Positions 41,401 to 50,012 of a DNA stretch of 64,000 bases are shown here, in pieces. The DNA is from Azorhizobium sp. AG788 (GTDB lineage: Bacteria; Pseudomonadota; Alphaproteobacteria; Rhizobiales; Xanthobacteraceae), in assembly GCF_943371865.1 (NCBI RefSeq), contig NZ_CALRWL010000017.1, forward strand, positions 40,829 to 104,828, given 5' to 3'. A program made the position numbers and the translations under genes. The notes below the pieces were generated by a model that saw only the letters and a list, made by a program, of their open reading frames with translations, had not been told where the DNA came from and did no database searches. Every line of letters begins with the position of its first letter. Position 1 is the stretch's first letter.

Positions 41401-41996
41401 AGTTCCAGCGCCTGGACCAGGGGGCACGGGAGGCGCGGGGGCTGGGCCTTGGCCTGTCCATCGTGGAGCGCATCGCCCGGGTGCTGGAACATCCGGTGAC
41501 GCTGCGCTCCGCCGCCGGGCGGGGCTCAGTGTTCGCGGTGGAGCTTCCGGTCGCCGTTCCCTTGCCGCAGGAAAGCACGCAGCCGGCGGCGCCGCCGCGC
41601 AGCCTCGCCCCGCTGGTGGGCCTCACCATCCTGGCCATCGACAATGAGCCGGCGATCCTGGACGGGATGGAACTGCTGCTGTCCGGCTGGGGCTGCCGGG
41701 TCATCAAGGCCGCCGATGTGGCGTCCGCGCTGGAGGGCGTGCATGCCGCCAAGGTTCAGCCGGATTTCGTGCTGGTGGACTATCATCTGGATGCCGGCCA
41801 CGGCATCGAGGCGGTGATGGCCTTGCGCTGGAAGCTGGGCCGGCTGCCCGCCGCGCTCATCACCGCCGACCGCAGCCGGAAGGTGCGCGATGCGGCGCGG
41901 GCGGCGGAAATGACCGTGTTGCACAAGCCGCTGAAACCGGCGGCCTTGCGCGCGCTGCTGGCGCAATCGCGATTGTCGCGCAACGCCGCGGAATAG
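38490..41996 (+). CDS. hybrid sensor histidine kinase with N-terminal sodium:solute symporter (SSS) domain, PAS, HisKA, HATPase and receiver domains (CrbS/CbrA-like architecture)
   Basis: About 500 aa with many TM helices resembling the SSS family. Then PAS (GIAVFDKEARLVCWN), the H-box FLAAASHDILQPLNAA, the HATPase blocks NAVKYT...DTGVGI...GLGLGLSIV, and a receiver domain (ILAIDNEPAIL...VLVDYHLD). Confidence 0.9.
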   Translation: MLQAWVVIILAFAYIGSLFAVASFGDRLRLGRTLSASRPLIYSLSLAVYCTSWTFYGSVGLSTAQGFDFLTIYLGPVIVIAVGTPVLMRVVRLAKAHNITSIADFIAARYGKHQGIAALVALVAVVGSIPYISLQLKAVSASLLAVLGHLAGEPVQLPVGGDMALFVAFAMAVFAVLFGTRHTDATEHQNGLMLAVATESLVKLVAFLTVGALVTFIIFDGPVSLWHAAQEAGVTKPFERGISLENWVTMTVLSAGAFVLLPRQFHVAVVENKSEAEIRRARWLFPLYLILINLFVVPLALAGMTLFPLSTVDSDVYVLAVPLAAGFESFALLAFIGGLSAATAMVIVESVALAIMVSNDLVVPMLLRRRARQPADGPTTLHDMSETLLLVRRVAIFVIMLLAYLYYRTTGEVQLAQIGLLSFAAIAQVGPAFAAGLLWQRATAKGAVTGILVGVAVWAYTLMVPSLADAGLVSQDFLLAGPFGLSWLRPEGLFGLEAGPLAHGVAWSLGLNTLSLLVVSFLTRPSDIERVQASLFVATDQAMVRPAFRRWRSSVSTEELIVTVARYLGDERARTAFTAFAAAEGIRLDPLREADAHLVRFAEHLLASAIGAASSRLVLSLLLRKRTVSTKAALQLLDDASAAIQYNRDLLQNAIDHVGQGIAVFDKEARLVCWNRSFGAMLDLPPECYALGIPLADILANAPPDAPSDLDNAARAARYTAASGAVLERLSQRGAVIEVRSDPMPDGGSVVTYTDITASVEAETALERANETLERRVRERTEELERLNRALEKARADAEEANLSKTRFLAAASHDILQPLNAARLYVTSLVERAQGADGARLAGNIDASLEAVEEILVALLDISRLDSGVLRPEVAPFRLDEVLKQLELEFAPLAQEKKLDLRFVPCGLTVRSDRRLLRRLLQNLISNAVKYTPKGRVLVGCRRHRGKVMVEVIDTGVGIPRSKHKVVFQEFQRLDQGAREARGLGLGLSIVERIARVLEHPVTLRSAAGRGSVFAVELPVAVPLPQESTQPAAPPRSLAPLVGLTILAIDNEPAILDGMELLLSGWGCRVIKAADVASALEGVHAAKVQPDFVLVDYHLDAGHGIEAVMALRWKLGRLPAALITADRSRKVRDAARAAEMTVLHKPLKPAALRALLAQSRLSRNAAE

Positions 41997-42020
41997 TGGG
42001 GTCATCCCCATATTCCCGCC

Positions 42021-42040
42021 TGTTCCACACAGGTGGAACA
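42021..42040 (+). terminator. hairpin 25 nt after the kinase stop (candidate terminator or protein-binding palindrome)
   Basis: TGTTCCAC-acag-GTGGAACA perfect 8-bp stem followed by TTGCCTTTGG (only partly T-rich). Confidence 0.35.
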
Positions 42041-42218
42041 TTGCCTTTGGATGATCCTGCTTCCTCCGCTTCCTCGCCCCATTCGTGCCCCGTTCCGCAG
42101 GCTTTATTGAACCTGCGCGATGAGGGGCTGTCTTCGAAGCTTCATCATTGGATCGCGCCAAGAAGACCAGAGACTTTCGACGCCATTAAACGGGTCGTTA
42201 ACTTTTGCGGAGATGGCC

Positions 42219-42443
42219 ATGACATTTACCATTAATGTGCCGGTCTTTCCGATGCGGAAGGAAATCGAAGCCCGTAAGGCCCGCAAAGGGCTTTGCTTCC
42301 TGTTCGCGCTGCCGGGCCTGCCGAAGGGCGATACGCGCCGGACCCGCGATGCCGCCGGCTTCCTGGAAATGGAAATGCTGCCGCTGGACGAACTGGAAGG
42401 TGTTCGGCGTCCCGTAAAGAAACATCGCAAGCGTTCGATGTAA
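42219..42443 (+). CDS. possible small basic protein (74 aa), unrecognised
   Basis: GGAG lies 6 nt before the ATG at 42219 (another ATG at 42213). The central part is GC3-rich. Sequence: MTFTINVPVFPMRKEIEARKARKGLCFLFALPGLPKGDTRRTRDAAGFLEMEMLPLDELEGVRRPVKKHRKRSM. No homolog recognised, so it may be non-coding. Confidence 0.3.
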   Translation: MTFTINVPVFPMRKEIEARKARKGLCFLFALPGLPKGDTRRTRDAAGFLEMEMLPLDELEGVRRPVKKHRKRSM

Positions 42444-42767
42444 GAGGTCGATTTTCGCGTTTCTTTATTCAAGTGATATTGTCAATTCGGCCGATGTGAA
42501 TAATTATAACCGTATTGGGCTGATGCGTGGCCGGGGGCTCATGCAAATATCTGCTTCTCTATGCGGTTATCATTTCGCCGTACCGAGCATTGAACGTCTT
42601 GGCTGTTGGGGGCTAATCCGACTGCCTGTGGCGGATGTCGCGCGGGGCGGCGCATGTTCGCATCGTCCCAGCTTTCGCCGGTGCAGCAACCCGCGGGCCA
42701 CCGGATTTCAGAACCTGATCCCCTGTTTGCAGGGCCCGACCGCCCGCTGTTCCGTGCCTGTCCGGCC

Positions 42768-43532
42768 ATGAGCGCGAATGAGGGGCTGGCGCTGAACTCT
42801 CCCGCGCGGATTGCATTCGCGCGTCGTGGCCCGATCCATGCGCTCGGTCTGGCACTGATCTGGCTCATCGTTGCCTTCATGCTGGCGACCATCAGCGCCA
42901 CTGCCACCTTCTTTCTGCGCCAGCTTGCGGGCGACCGCTTCAACGAGGGGGTGTCCTCTCCCTGGCTGTATCTGGTCAGCTTGGTGGTCTTCAGCCTCGT
43001 CCTGCTCGGCGTCAGCCTGCATATGGCGCGGGTGCTCGGAAACGGTGACGCCGCAGCGGCGCTTGGCCAAAAAAACCTGCGACGTCCCTGGCTGATACTG
43101 GCAATTACCGTGGCCATGATGGTCGCCGCTGAGGCCGTCACCTGGCTGTTCGAGCGGTCTGAAACCCGCGCCTTGCACCATTTGCTGTTCGAGCATCCCG
43201 AGATTTGGGGCGTGCCCATCCGGCGCTGGCTGTTTCCGGTTTGCCTTGGACTTGTAACAATCATCGTCGCCCCGGTCGCCGAGGAACTGTTCTTCCGCGG
43301 CTGGCTTTGGGAGGAGCTGCGCCGGAGCTGGGGGCGCCCAGCCGTAGCGCTCGCCACCGGCCTGCTGTTTCTTCTCGCCCATGGTATGGGAGGCTTTGTC
43401 ATCCTGGTATGCGCCGTGCCGGGGGCGGTCGGGCTGTCCTTCGTCCGCGCTATGGACGGCAGCGTGCGGGCGTCGCTGCTGTGCCATGTGCTCTATAATG
43501 CCGGCGCGTTCGCCTATGCCTATCTGGATTGA
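42768..43532 (+). CDS. CPBP-family intramembrane glutamic endopeptidase (CAAX protease/Abi family), paralog 1
   Basis: Multi-TM protein with EELFFRGW (EExxxR), FLLAH (FxxxH) and HVLYN (HxxxN) motifs. Start chosen where similarity to paralog 2 begins; an alternative ATG is at 42654. Confidence 0.8.
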   Translation: MSANEGLALNSPARIAFARRGPIHALGLALIWLIVAFMLATISATATFFLRQLAGDRFNEGVSSPWLYLVSLVVFSLVLLGVSLHMARVLGNGDAAAALGQKNLRRPWLILAITVAMMVAAEAVTWLFERSETRALHHLLFEHPEIWGVPIRRWLFPVCLGLVTIIVAPVAEELFFRGWLWEELRRSWGRPAVALATGLLFLLAHGMGGFVILVCAVPGAVGLSFVRAMDGSVRASLLCHVLYNAGAFAYAYLD

Positions 43533-43595
43533 GTGCCTCACGCCGCCCATCGCCGTGCGAGCCGCTACCATCTCCCATCCTTCGTCCCTGTGGGT

Positions 43596-44381
43596 ATGGC
43601 CATGAGTGTGAACGACGCAGTCCCCGCGGAGCGCCCGGCGCGGTTGCCCTTCACGCGGCGCGGCCCGTTCCACGCGCTGGTGGTCATGGTCGGGTGGCTG
43701 CTGGTGTCCGCTGTGGCCGTCGTGCTGGGCACGGTGGCGGGATTGGTGGTCATGCAGGCGGACCCCGATGACGTGCGATCCTTGGGGTTCGACTATCCGT
43801 GGGTCGTGACCAACGCCCTTGCCATCTCCGCCATCACCTTGATCCTCGCCAGCCTGCATATGGGGTTCGTGGTGGGCGAGGGCGACCGTCGCGCCGGATT
43901 GGGCAACGTGCCGATTCAGCGCCCCGGTCTCATGCTGGGCCTCGCCCTTTCCGCCACCGTCATGACCTGGGCGACGGCGAGTCTATTGGGGGCCACCGAC
44001 CCGCTGAACCTGACCGGCGTGCTTGAAAGCGCAGGGGCTGACGTGGCGCCGGCCTGGCCATGGCTGCTGCCGGTCTGCAATGCCGTGATCCTGGTGATCC
44101 TGGTTCCGCTGGGAGACGAGTTGTTCTTACGTGGGTGGTTGTGGGTGACACTCCGCCGTGTCTGGTCGGTTCCGGTGGTCATTGCGGCAACAGCCTTGCC
44201 GTTCTGGTTGCTCCATCCCGACGCCCAATGGCGTTATCTTGTGGCCCTGATCCCCTCCACCCTCGCATTCTCCCTGGTGCGCCATTACTGCGGCAGCGTT
44301 CGCGCTTCGGTGGCGGCCCACGTGATTCACCACGCCATTTCCGTCGCTCTGATTTTTGCCCTCATGGCGCTCGGGGACTAG
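43596..44381 (+). CDS. CPBP-family intramembrane protease-like protein, paralog 2 (divergent motifs)
   Basis: Collinear with paralog 1 (PAR..F.RRGP.HAL, SLHM, LPVC, GSVRAS). Its motifs are DELFLRGW, FWLLH and HVIHH. Alternative starts: GTG at 43533, directly after the paralog 1 stop, or ATG at 43602. Confidence 0.78.
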   Translation: MAMSVNDAVPAERPARLPFTRRGPFHALVVMVGWLLVSAVAVVLGTVAGLVVMQADPDDVRSLGFDYPWVVTNALAISAITLILASLHMGFVVGEGDRRAGLGNVPIQRPGLMLGLALSATVMTWATASLLGATDPLNLTGVLESAGADVAPAWPWLLPVCNAVILVILVPLGDELFLRGWLWVTLRRVWSVPVVIAATALPFWLLHPDAQWRYLVALIPSTLAFSLVRHYCGSVRASVAAHVIHHAISVALIFALMALGD

Positions 44382-44481
44382 GCAAGCCCATGGAGGCCCC
44401 CGCGCCACTCCGCCGCGCCGCGTGGCGTCTTCCGGCAAGGTCCGATAAGGTCGCGCCGAAACGATCCGCCGGGACCCCGCC

Positions 44482-45267
44482 ATGCCACGCGACGCAACGC
44501 TCCGCTCCGACACCGACGCGGCCGATACCCATTTCGGCTACCGCACCGTCCCCCTGGGCGAAAAGCAGACGCTGGTGGACGACGTGTTCCACAAGGTGGC
44601 GCGGCGCTACGACATCATGAACGACCTCATGTCCGGCGGCCTGCACCGGGCGTGGAAGAACGACCTGGTCGCCAAGCTGCGCCCGCCCCAGGGCGATCGC
44701 CCCTTCCGCCTGCTGGATCTGGCGGGCGGCACCGGGGATGTGGCCTTCCGCACCGTGTCCGCCGGTGGCGCCGGAACGCGGGCGGTGGTGGCGGATATCA
44801 ATACGGAAATGCTGGCGGTGGGCCGCGAGCGGGCGGAAAAGCGTGGGTTGTCCGAGCGCGTGGAGTTCACCGAGGCCAATGCCGAAGCGCTGCCGTTTCC
44901 GGACGGGTCGTTCGATGCGGTGACCATCGCCTTCGGCATCCGCAATGTGCCGCGCATTCCCCTCGCCCTCAGCGAAATGCGCCGGGTGCTGAAGCCGGGC
45001 GGACGGGCCTTGGTGCTGGAATTCTCCCAGGTGGATGTGCCGCTGCTGGACAAGATCTACGAATTCTATTCGTTTCGGGTCATTCCGGCCCTCGGTCGCC
45101 AAGTCACCGGCGATGCGGAGCCGTACCAATATCTGGTGGAATCCATCCGCCGCTTTCCGCCCCCCGAGGTGTTCGCGCAGATGATGCGCACCGCCGGCTT
45201 CGCCCGGGTGACGGCGACCCCGTTCACCGGCGGCGTGGTCGTGCTGCATTCGGGCTATCGCATCTGA
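44482..45267 (+). CDS. ubiE: ubiquinone/menaquinone biosynthesis C-methyltransferase UbiE
   Basis: [44 protein letters not shown] and [16 protein letters not shown] motif. Confidence 0.95.
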   Translation: MPRDATLRSDTDAADTHFGYRTVPLGEKQTLVDDVFHKVARRYDIMNDLMSGGLHRAWKNDLVAKLRPPQGDRPFRLLDLAGGTGDVAFRTVSAGGAGTRAVVADINTEMLAVGRERAEKRGLSERVEFTEANAEALPFPDGSFDAVTIAFGIRNVPRIPLALSEMRRVLKPGGRALVLEFSQVDVPLLDKIYEFYSFRVIPALGRQVTGDAEPYQYLVESIRRFPPPEVFAQMMRTAGFARVTATPFTGGVVVLHSGYRI

Positions 45268-45301
45268 TGGCCGTCCTGTTCGGTCGCCGAGGGGCATCCG
45301 C

Positions 45302-46870
45302 GTGATTCTTGTTCTGATCGATGCCGCCCGTCTCGCCCGTGCCGGCTATGTGCTGGCACGCGAAGGCGTGCTCTCCCTGGTGAACCCCGCCTTGGTGCCG
45401 CCTTTGGCGCGCCCCGGCCTGCGCATCGCGCAGATGATCGCGCGGCCGGACGCGGGCACCCGCGCAGCGCGCCTGTCGGCGGCGCTCAGCCGGCTGGGGC
45501 CGTCCTATATCAAGCTGGGGCAATTCCTCGCCACCCGGCCGGATGTGGTGGGGCCCTCGGTCGCCCGCGATCTGGAGATTTTGCAGGACCGCATGCCGCC
45601 GTTCGGACAGGCCATTGCGGAGGCCACCGTCATCGGGGCGCTGGACCGCCCGCTGGCGGACGCGTTCGAGAGCTTCGGCCCGGCCGTGGCGGCGGCGTCC
45701 ATCGCCGAAGTGCACAAGTCCGTGGTGCTGGATGCGGACGGCAGCCGCCGCACCGTGGCGGTAAAGGTGCTGCGGCCCGGCATCGAGCGGCGCTTCGGCG
45801 CCGACATGAAGACCTTCCGCCGCGTGGCGGCATTTGCCGAGCGTGTCTCGCCCGAAGCCCGCCGCCTGCGGCTGGAAACCGTGGTGGATACGTTGGCGCG
45901 CTCGGTCTCCATGGAGATGGACCTGCGCCTGGAGGCCGCCGCTTATGCGGAACTGGCCGAGAATGTGCAGAACGATGCCGAGATCCACGTTCCGGCGGTG
46001 GATTGGGATCGCTCCGCCCGTGAAGTGCTGACCACCCAATGGATCGACGGCATCAAGCTCAGTGACCGCGCGGCCCTGGAGGCTGCCGGCCACGATTTGC
46101 AGGCTCTGGCCCGCATCGTGATGCAGTCCTTCCTGCGTCAGGCCATGCGCGACGGCTTCTTCCACGCCGACATGCATCCGGGCAATCTGTTCGTGGACGC
46201 CCAGGGCCGGCTGGTGGTGGTGGATTGCGGCATCATGGGCCGGCTGGGCGTCAAGGAGCGCCGCTTCCTGGCGGAAATCCTCTATGGCTTCATCACCCGC
46301 AACTGGAAGCGCACCGCGGAAGTGCATTTCGAGGCGGGCTATGTGCCGGCGCACCATTCGGTGGATGATTTTGCCCAGGCCATCCGCGCCATCGGCGAGC
46401 CCATCCACTCCCGTGCTGCCGACCAGATTTCCATGGCCCGCCTGTTGTCACTGCTGCTGGAAGTCACTGCGCTGTTCGACATGACCACCCGGCCAGAACT
46501 GCTGTTGTTGCAGAAGACCATGGTGGTGGTGGAGGGGGTCGCCCGTTCGCTCGATCCGAAGCTGAACATGTGGACCACCGCCGGCCCGGTGGTGGAAGAC
46601 TGGATCGCGCAGAATCTCGGCCCCGTGGGCCGGTTGCAGCAGGCCGGCGCGGGCGTCAGTGAAGTGGGTCGCTTCGTGCTGGACGCGCCCGCTCTGCTCA
46701 CCCGCGCCGGTCGCGTGCTGACGCAGATGGACGAGGCCACCCGCGACGGATTCAAGCTCTCGCCGGGAACCCTGGAAGGCATCGGCCGCGCCGAAGCCAA
46801 ACGGGCGTTCTGGGGCAATGCCGCCTTGTGGGTGATTGCCGTCGCCCTGCTGATCATCGCCCTGCGCTAA
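45302..46870 (+). CDS. ubiB: ubiquinone biosynthesis regulatory kinase-like protein UbiB (ABC1/ADCK family)
   Basis: LGPSYIKLGQFLATRPDVVGPSVARDLEILQDRMPPF...AAASIAEVH...FFHADMHPGNLF, with two C-terminal TM helices. GTG start. Confidence 0.95.
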   Translation: MILVLIDAARLARAGYVLAREGVLSLVNPALVPPLARPGLRIAQMIARPDAGTRAARLSAALSRLGPSYIKLGQFLATRPDVVGPSVARDLEILQDRMPPFGQAIAEATVIGALDRPLADAFESFGPAVAAASIAEVHKSVVLDADGSRRTVAVKVLRPGIERRFGADMKTFRRVAAFAERVSPEARRLRLETVVDTLARSVSMEMDLRLEAAAYAELAENVQNDAEIHVPAVDWDRSAREVLTTQWIDGIKLSDRAALEAAGHDLQALARIVMQSFLRQAMRDGFFHADMHPGNLFVDAQGRLVVVDCGIMGRLGVKERRFLAEILYGFITRNWKRTAEVHFEAGYVPAHHSVDDFAQAIRAIGEPIHSRAADQISMARLLSLLLEVTALFDMTTRPELLLLQKTMVVVEGVARSLDPKLNMWTTAGPVVEDWIAQNLGPVGRLQQAGAGVSEVGRFVLDAPALLTRAGRVLTQMDEATRDGFKLSPGTLEGIGRAEAKRAFWGNAALWVIAVALLIIALR

Positions 46871-46874
46871 CCCC

Positions 46875-47984
46875 TCAGGCCAGAACGTCCGCCACCGGGC
46901 GGCGCAGCGACCAGGGCATCGGATTGCCGTAGCCGAAGCGCAGGATGAGATCGGGCCGTCGCGCGCCCACACCGAGATGGGCGGCCACCTGCCGCCGCAC
47001 CTCCGGCACCTCCACCGCCTGGTTGAGGAAGGCGTGCTTGATGCCCAGCGCCGTGGCCTGCAGGGCGAAGCGCTGATAGGCGCGACCGACCGCCACCCAA
47101 TGGGCGGGGTCGTTCTGATCTGAGATGAACACCGCCAGGCCTGCCGCGCTTTCCACCTGCACCTTCGCCTTGGCCTTCTCTGCGTCGGTGGTCAGCACCA
47201 GATCGAACAGCACCCGCCCGATGGCCTCCGGCAGTTCCGGATTGCCGGTGAGCGGCGCAAACAAGCCATCGGCGGTGTCCATTGCTTCCGCATAACTGAA
47301 GCGCACCCAGCGCTTCAGCTCGGCCCGGAAGGCGGCATCGTTCAACTGGCGGTTATTGGCCTCCAGGATCAATGCGGTGAGCGCCGTCATGGCCGGGCGT
47401 TCGGTGATCAGGCGCACGGAAACGCCGGGCCGGGTGCCTGCTGCGACCAGTGCCGCCAGTTCCGCCGCAGGCACCGCGCGGCCGTCATAGATGCCACGCG
47501 TACATTGCCGGCGGGGAATTGCCGTGCCGAGGTCCGTCACCGCGACTTTCCCCGGCCGCAGCGCCACCCGGATCCGCCCCTCTCCGGTTGTTTCGAAGCG
47601 CGGATCGGCGATCAGCCCGACCGTCGGCGCCGCATGGACCATGTTCTCCGCTGCAGCACCGAGGCTGACGAACAGATGGTGGTCGTCCGGGTCGACGATG
47701 GGGGTGCGGCGCGTGAAGTCGGGCAGCAGGGTGATGCCGCCATCATCGCCGGCAAAGCGCCACGCCTGGGTGTTGTGGCTGGTGGCGGCGAGCGTCGCGC
47801 TTTGGATCAGGGCCGTGCGTGCCTCGGCACCGGCGAGCCCCGGCGTTGGAGGCCGACGCAACCGATGCGCTTCCTCTCGCCACTCCCCGGCCTCGTGGCT
47901 GTCCCAGAGGCGGTCTCCGGCAACGATGGCGGCGGTGCCTGCGAGGGTGGCCGCCGCGCCCAATATCGCCGTCCTTCGGTTCAC
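46875..47984 (-). CDS. Acg-family FMN-binding nitroreductase-like protein with Tat signal
   Basis: NRRTAILGAAATLAGTAA twin-arginine leader and two nitroreductase-like halves (ATLAATSHNTQAWRF...). The GTG at 47984 has a GGGAG SD 6 nt upstream; an alternative ATG is at 48005. Confidence 0.78.
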   Translation of the reverse strand: MNRRTAILGAAATLAGTAAIVAGDRLWDSHEAGEWREEAHRLRRPPTPGLAGAEARTALIQSATLAATSHNTQAWRFAGDDGGITLLPDFTRRTPIVDPDDHHLFVSLGAAAENMVHAAPTVGLIADPRFETTGEGRIRVALRPGKVAVTDLGTAIPRRQCTRGIYDGRAVPAAELAALVAAGTRPGVSVRLITERPAMTALTALILEANNRQLNDAAFRAELKRWVRFSYAEAMDTADGLFAPLTGNPELPEAIGRVLFDLVLTTDAEKAKAKVQVESAAGLAVFISDQNDPAHWVAVGRAYQRFALQATALGIKHAFLNQAVEVPEVRRQVAAHLGVGARRPDLILRFGYGNPMPWSLRRPVADVLA

Positions 47985-48251
47985 GTCGCACTCCCGGTAC
48001 GCCATTACAGTGGGAGCTTATGCTTTGGTCCCGTTGAGCTTATGTTGGCATGTCTCACTGGCGCTGTCGCATTCGCTGGTGTCGCGCTGCACCAAAATTC
48101 GCGGCGGGACGCTCGCCTTGCTTGCGAATAATTTCCCCGGCGATTGCGGGCGCACAGGCTAAAGTCCACCGGTGGATCCGTCCCGCCAGAAGGACGGCGC
48201 ATTGCGTCCGGACGCATCCGGCTCTAGTCCATCGCCGCAGGGAGACCCGCC

Positions 48252-49466
48252 ATGCTGCACGAGCGACGCATCCTTCTCATCATCGGCGGCGGCATCGCCG
48301 CCTATAAGTGCCTGGATCTCATCCGACGGCTGAAGGAACGCGGCGCCACCGTGCGCGCGATCCTGACCGGCGCCGCGCAGCACTTCGTGACGCCGCTGTC
48401 CGTTGGGGCGCTCACCGGGGAGCGGGTCTTCACCGATCTGTTCGACCTCACCGCCGAGCATGACATCGGCCATATCCGCCTGTCGCGGGAGGCCGATCTG
48501 GTGGTGGTGGCGCCGGCCACCGCCGACCTGATGGCCAAGGCCGCAAATGGTTTCGCGGACGATCTGGCCTCTACCGCCTTGCTGGCCACCGACAAGCCGG
48601 TGCTGTTTGCCCCGGCCATGAACCCGCGGATGTGGATGCATCCGGCCACCCGCCGCAATCTGGCGCTGCTGAAGCAAGACGGCGCGGCCATCGTCGGCCC
48701 CAATTCCGGCGCCATGGCGGAGCGGGGCGAATTCGGTGAAGGCCGCATGGCCGAGCCCCTGGAGATCCTCGCCGCCATCGAGGCGCGGTTCGAGGCCCCG
48801 GTACCGCTGCTCAAGGGGCGGCGGGTTCTGGTGACCTCCGGTCCCACGGTGGAGCCGATCGATCCGGTGCGCTACATCGCCAATCGGTCGTCCGGCAAGC
48901 AGGGCCATGCCATTGCCGCCGCCGCTGCCGCCGCTGGTGCCGAGGTGGTGCTGGTCTCCGGCCCGGTGCAGGTGGCCGATCCGCGCGGCGTCCGTGTCGT
49001 CCGTGTGGAGACCGCGCAGGAGATGATGGCGGCGGTGGAGGAGAACCTGCCCATGGATGCGGCCATTTTCGCCGCCGCCGTGGCCGACTGGCGGGTGGCG
49101 GATGCCTCCGAACAGAAGATCAAGAAGGGCGAGGGTGGCGCGCCGCACCTCTCCCTGCTGGAGAACCCCGATATCCTGGCGTCCATCGCCCACCATTCCA
49201 CCCTGCGTCCGCGCCTGGTGGTGGGCTTTGCCGCCGAGACCGAGCATGTGGTCGCCCATGCCAAGGACAAGCGGCTGCGCAAAGGCTGCGACTGGATCGT
49301 GGCCAATGACGTGTCACCGGGCACCGGCATCATGGGCGGGGATGCCAATACGGTGCATCTGGTCACCGCCGACGGGGTGGAGGATTGGCCCTCCGCCAGC
49401 AAGGCCGAAGTTGCCCGTCGCCTGGTGGTTCGGATTGCCGGTGCCCTGACCGGCGAGGCGCCGTGA
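48252..49466 (+). CDS. coaBC: bifunctional phosphopantothenoylcysteine decarboxylase / phosphopantothenate-cysteine ligase
   Basis: [33 protein letters not shown] flavoprotein domain, PAMNPRMW, and the C-terminal CoaB block [25 protein letters not shown]. Confidence 0.96.
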   Translation: MLHERRILLIIGGGIAAYKCLDLIRRLKERGATVRAILTGAAQHFVTPLSVGALTGERVFTDLFDLTAEHDIGHIRLSREADLVVVAPATADLMAKAANGFADDLASTALLATDKPVLFAPAMNPRMWMHPATRRNLALLKQDGAAIVGPNSGAMAERGEFGEGRMAEPLEILAAIEARFEAPVPLLKGRRVLVTSGPTVEPIDPVRYIANRSSGKQGHAIAAAAAAAGAEVVLVSGPVQVADPRGVRVVRVETAQEMMAAVEENLPMDAAIFAAAVADWRVADASEQKIKKGEGGAPHLSLLENPDILASIAHHSTLRPRLVVGFAAETEHVVAHAKDKRLRKGCDWIVANDVSPGTGIMGGDANTVHLVTADGVEDWPSASKAEVARRLVVRIAGALTGEAP

Positions 49467-49483
49467 GCGACGCTACAGTTGCG

Positions 49484-50002
49484 ATGATTTCTGGAGACGA
49501 TGATTTGACCTGCGAAGAGACTGTGCCGCTACCGGTGGATGTTCCGGTGGTCCGGTTGCCCCATGGCGAAGGCTTGCCGCTGCCGGCTTACGCCACCTCG
49601 GCCTCTGCCGGGCTCGACCTGATCGCCGCCGTGCCCGAGGATGCGCCGCTCGCGCTGGCCCCCGGCGCCCGCGCCCTGGTGCCGACGGGGCTCTGCCTGG
49701 AACTGCCAGAGGGGTTTGAAGGCCAGGTGCGCCCGCGCTCGGGTCTCGCGTTGAAGTTCGGCGTGACCGTGCTCAATGCCCCCGGTACCATCGATGCGGA
49801 CTATCGGGGCGAGGTGCAGGTGCTGCTGGTGAACCACGGCACGGAGCAATTCACCGTCACACGCGGGCTACGTGTCGCGCAGCTTGTGGTCGGTGCGGTT
49901 CACCAAATAAAGCTGGTAGAAAACGGAAAATTAGGTGAAACTGCACGTGGCGTCGGTGGTTTTGGCTCGACAGGGCTCGACGGCGCGCCTGGATCGAGAT
50001 AG
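49484..50002 (+). CDS. dut: dUTP diphosphatase
   Basis: [15 protein letters not shown]...[45 protein letters not shown]...GGFGSTG. An alternative GTG start at 49463 overlaps the coaBC stop. Confidence 0.93.
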   Translation: MISGDDDLTCEETVPLPVDVPVVRLPHGEGLPLPAYATSASAGLDLIAAVPEDAPLALAPGARALVPTGLCLELPEGFEGQVRPRSGLALKFGVTVLNAPGTIDADYRGEVQVLLVNHGTEQFTVTRGLRVAQLVVGAVHQIKLVENGKLGETARGVGGFGSTGLDGAPGSR

Positions 50003-50012
50003 CCACAGCCCC

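Noticed and set aside
42104-42771. Alternative ORFs in the kinase-CPBP gap: 42104-42472(-) 122 aa, 42496-42771(+) 91 aa, 42198-42425(-) 75 aa.
   Set aside because: They have no ribosome-binding sites, compositionally odd translations (Ser/Arg runs) and mutual overlap. Only the 42219-42443(+) ORF has a plausible SD, and it is retained at low confidence.
48010-48050. Direct repeat GAGCTTATG...GAGCTTATG just upstream of the nitroreductase gene.
   Set aside because: There are only two 9-nt copies with irregular flanks, and they may simply be part of the 5' UTR. This is too little evidence to call a regulatory site.
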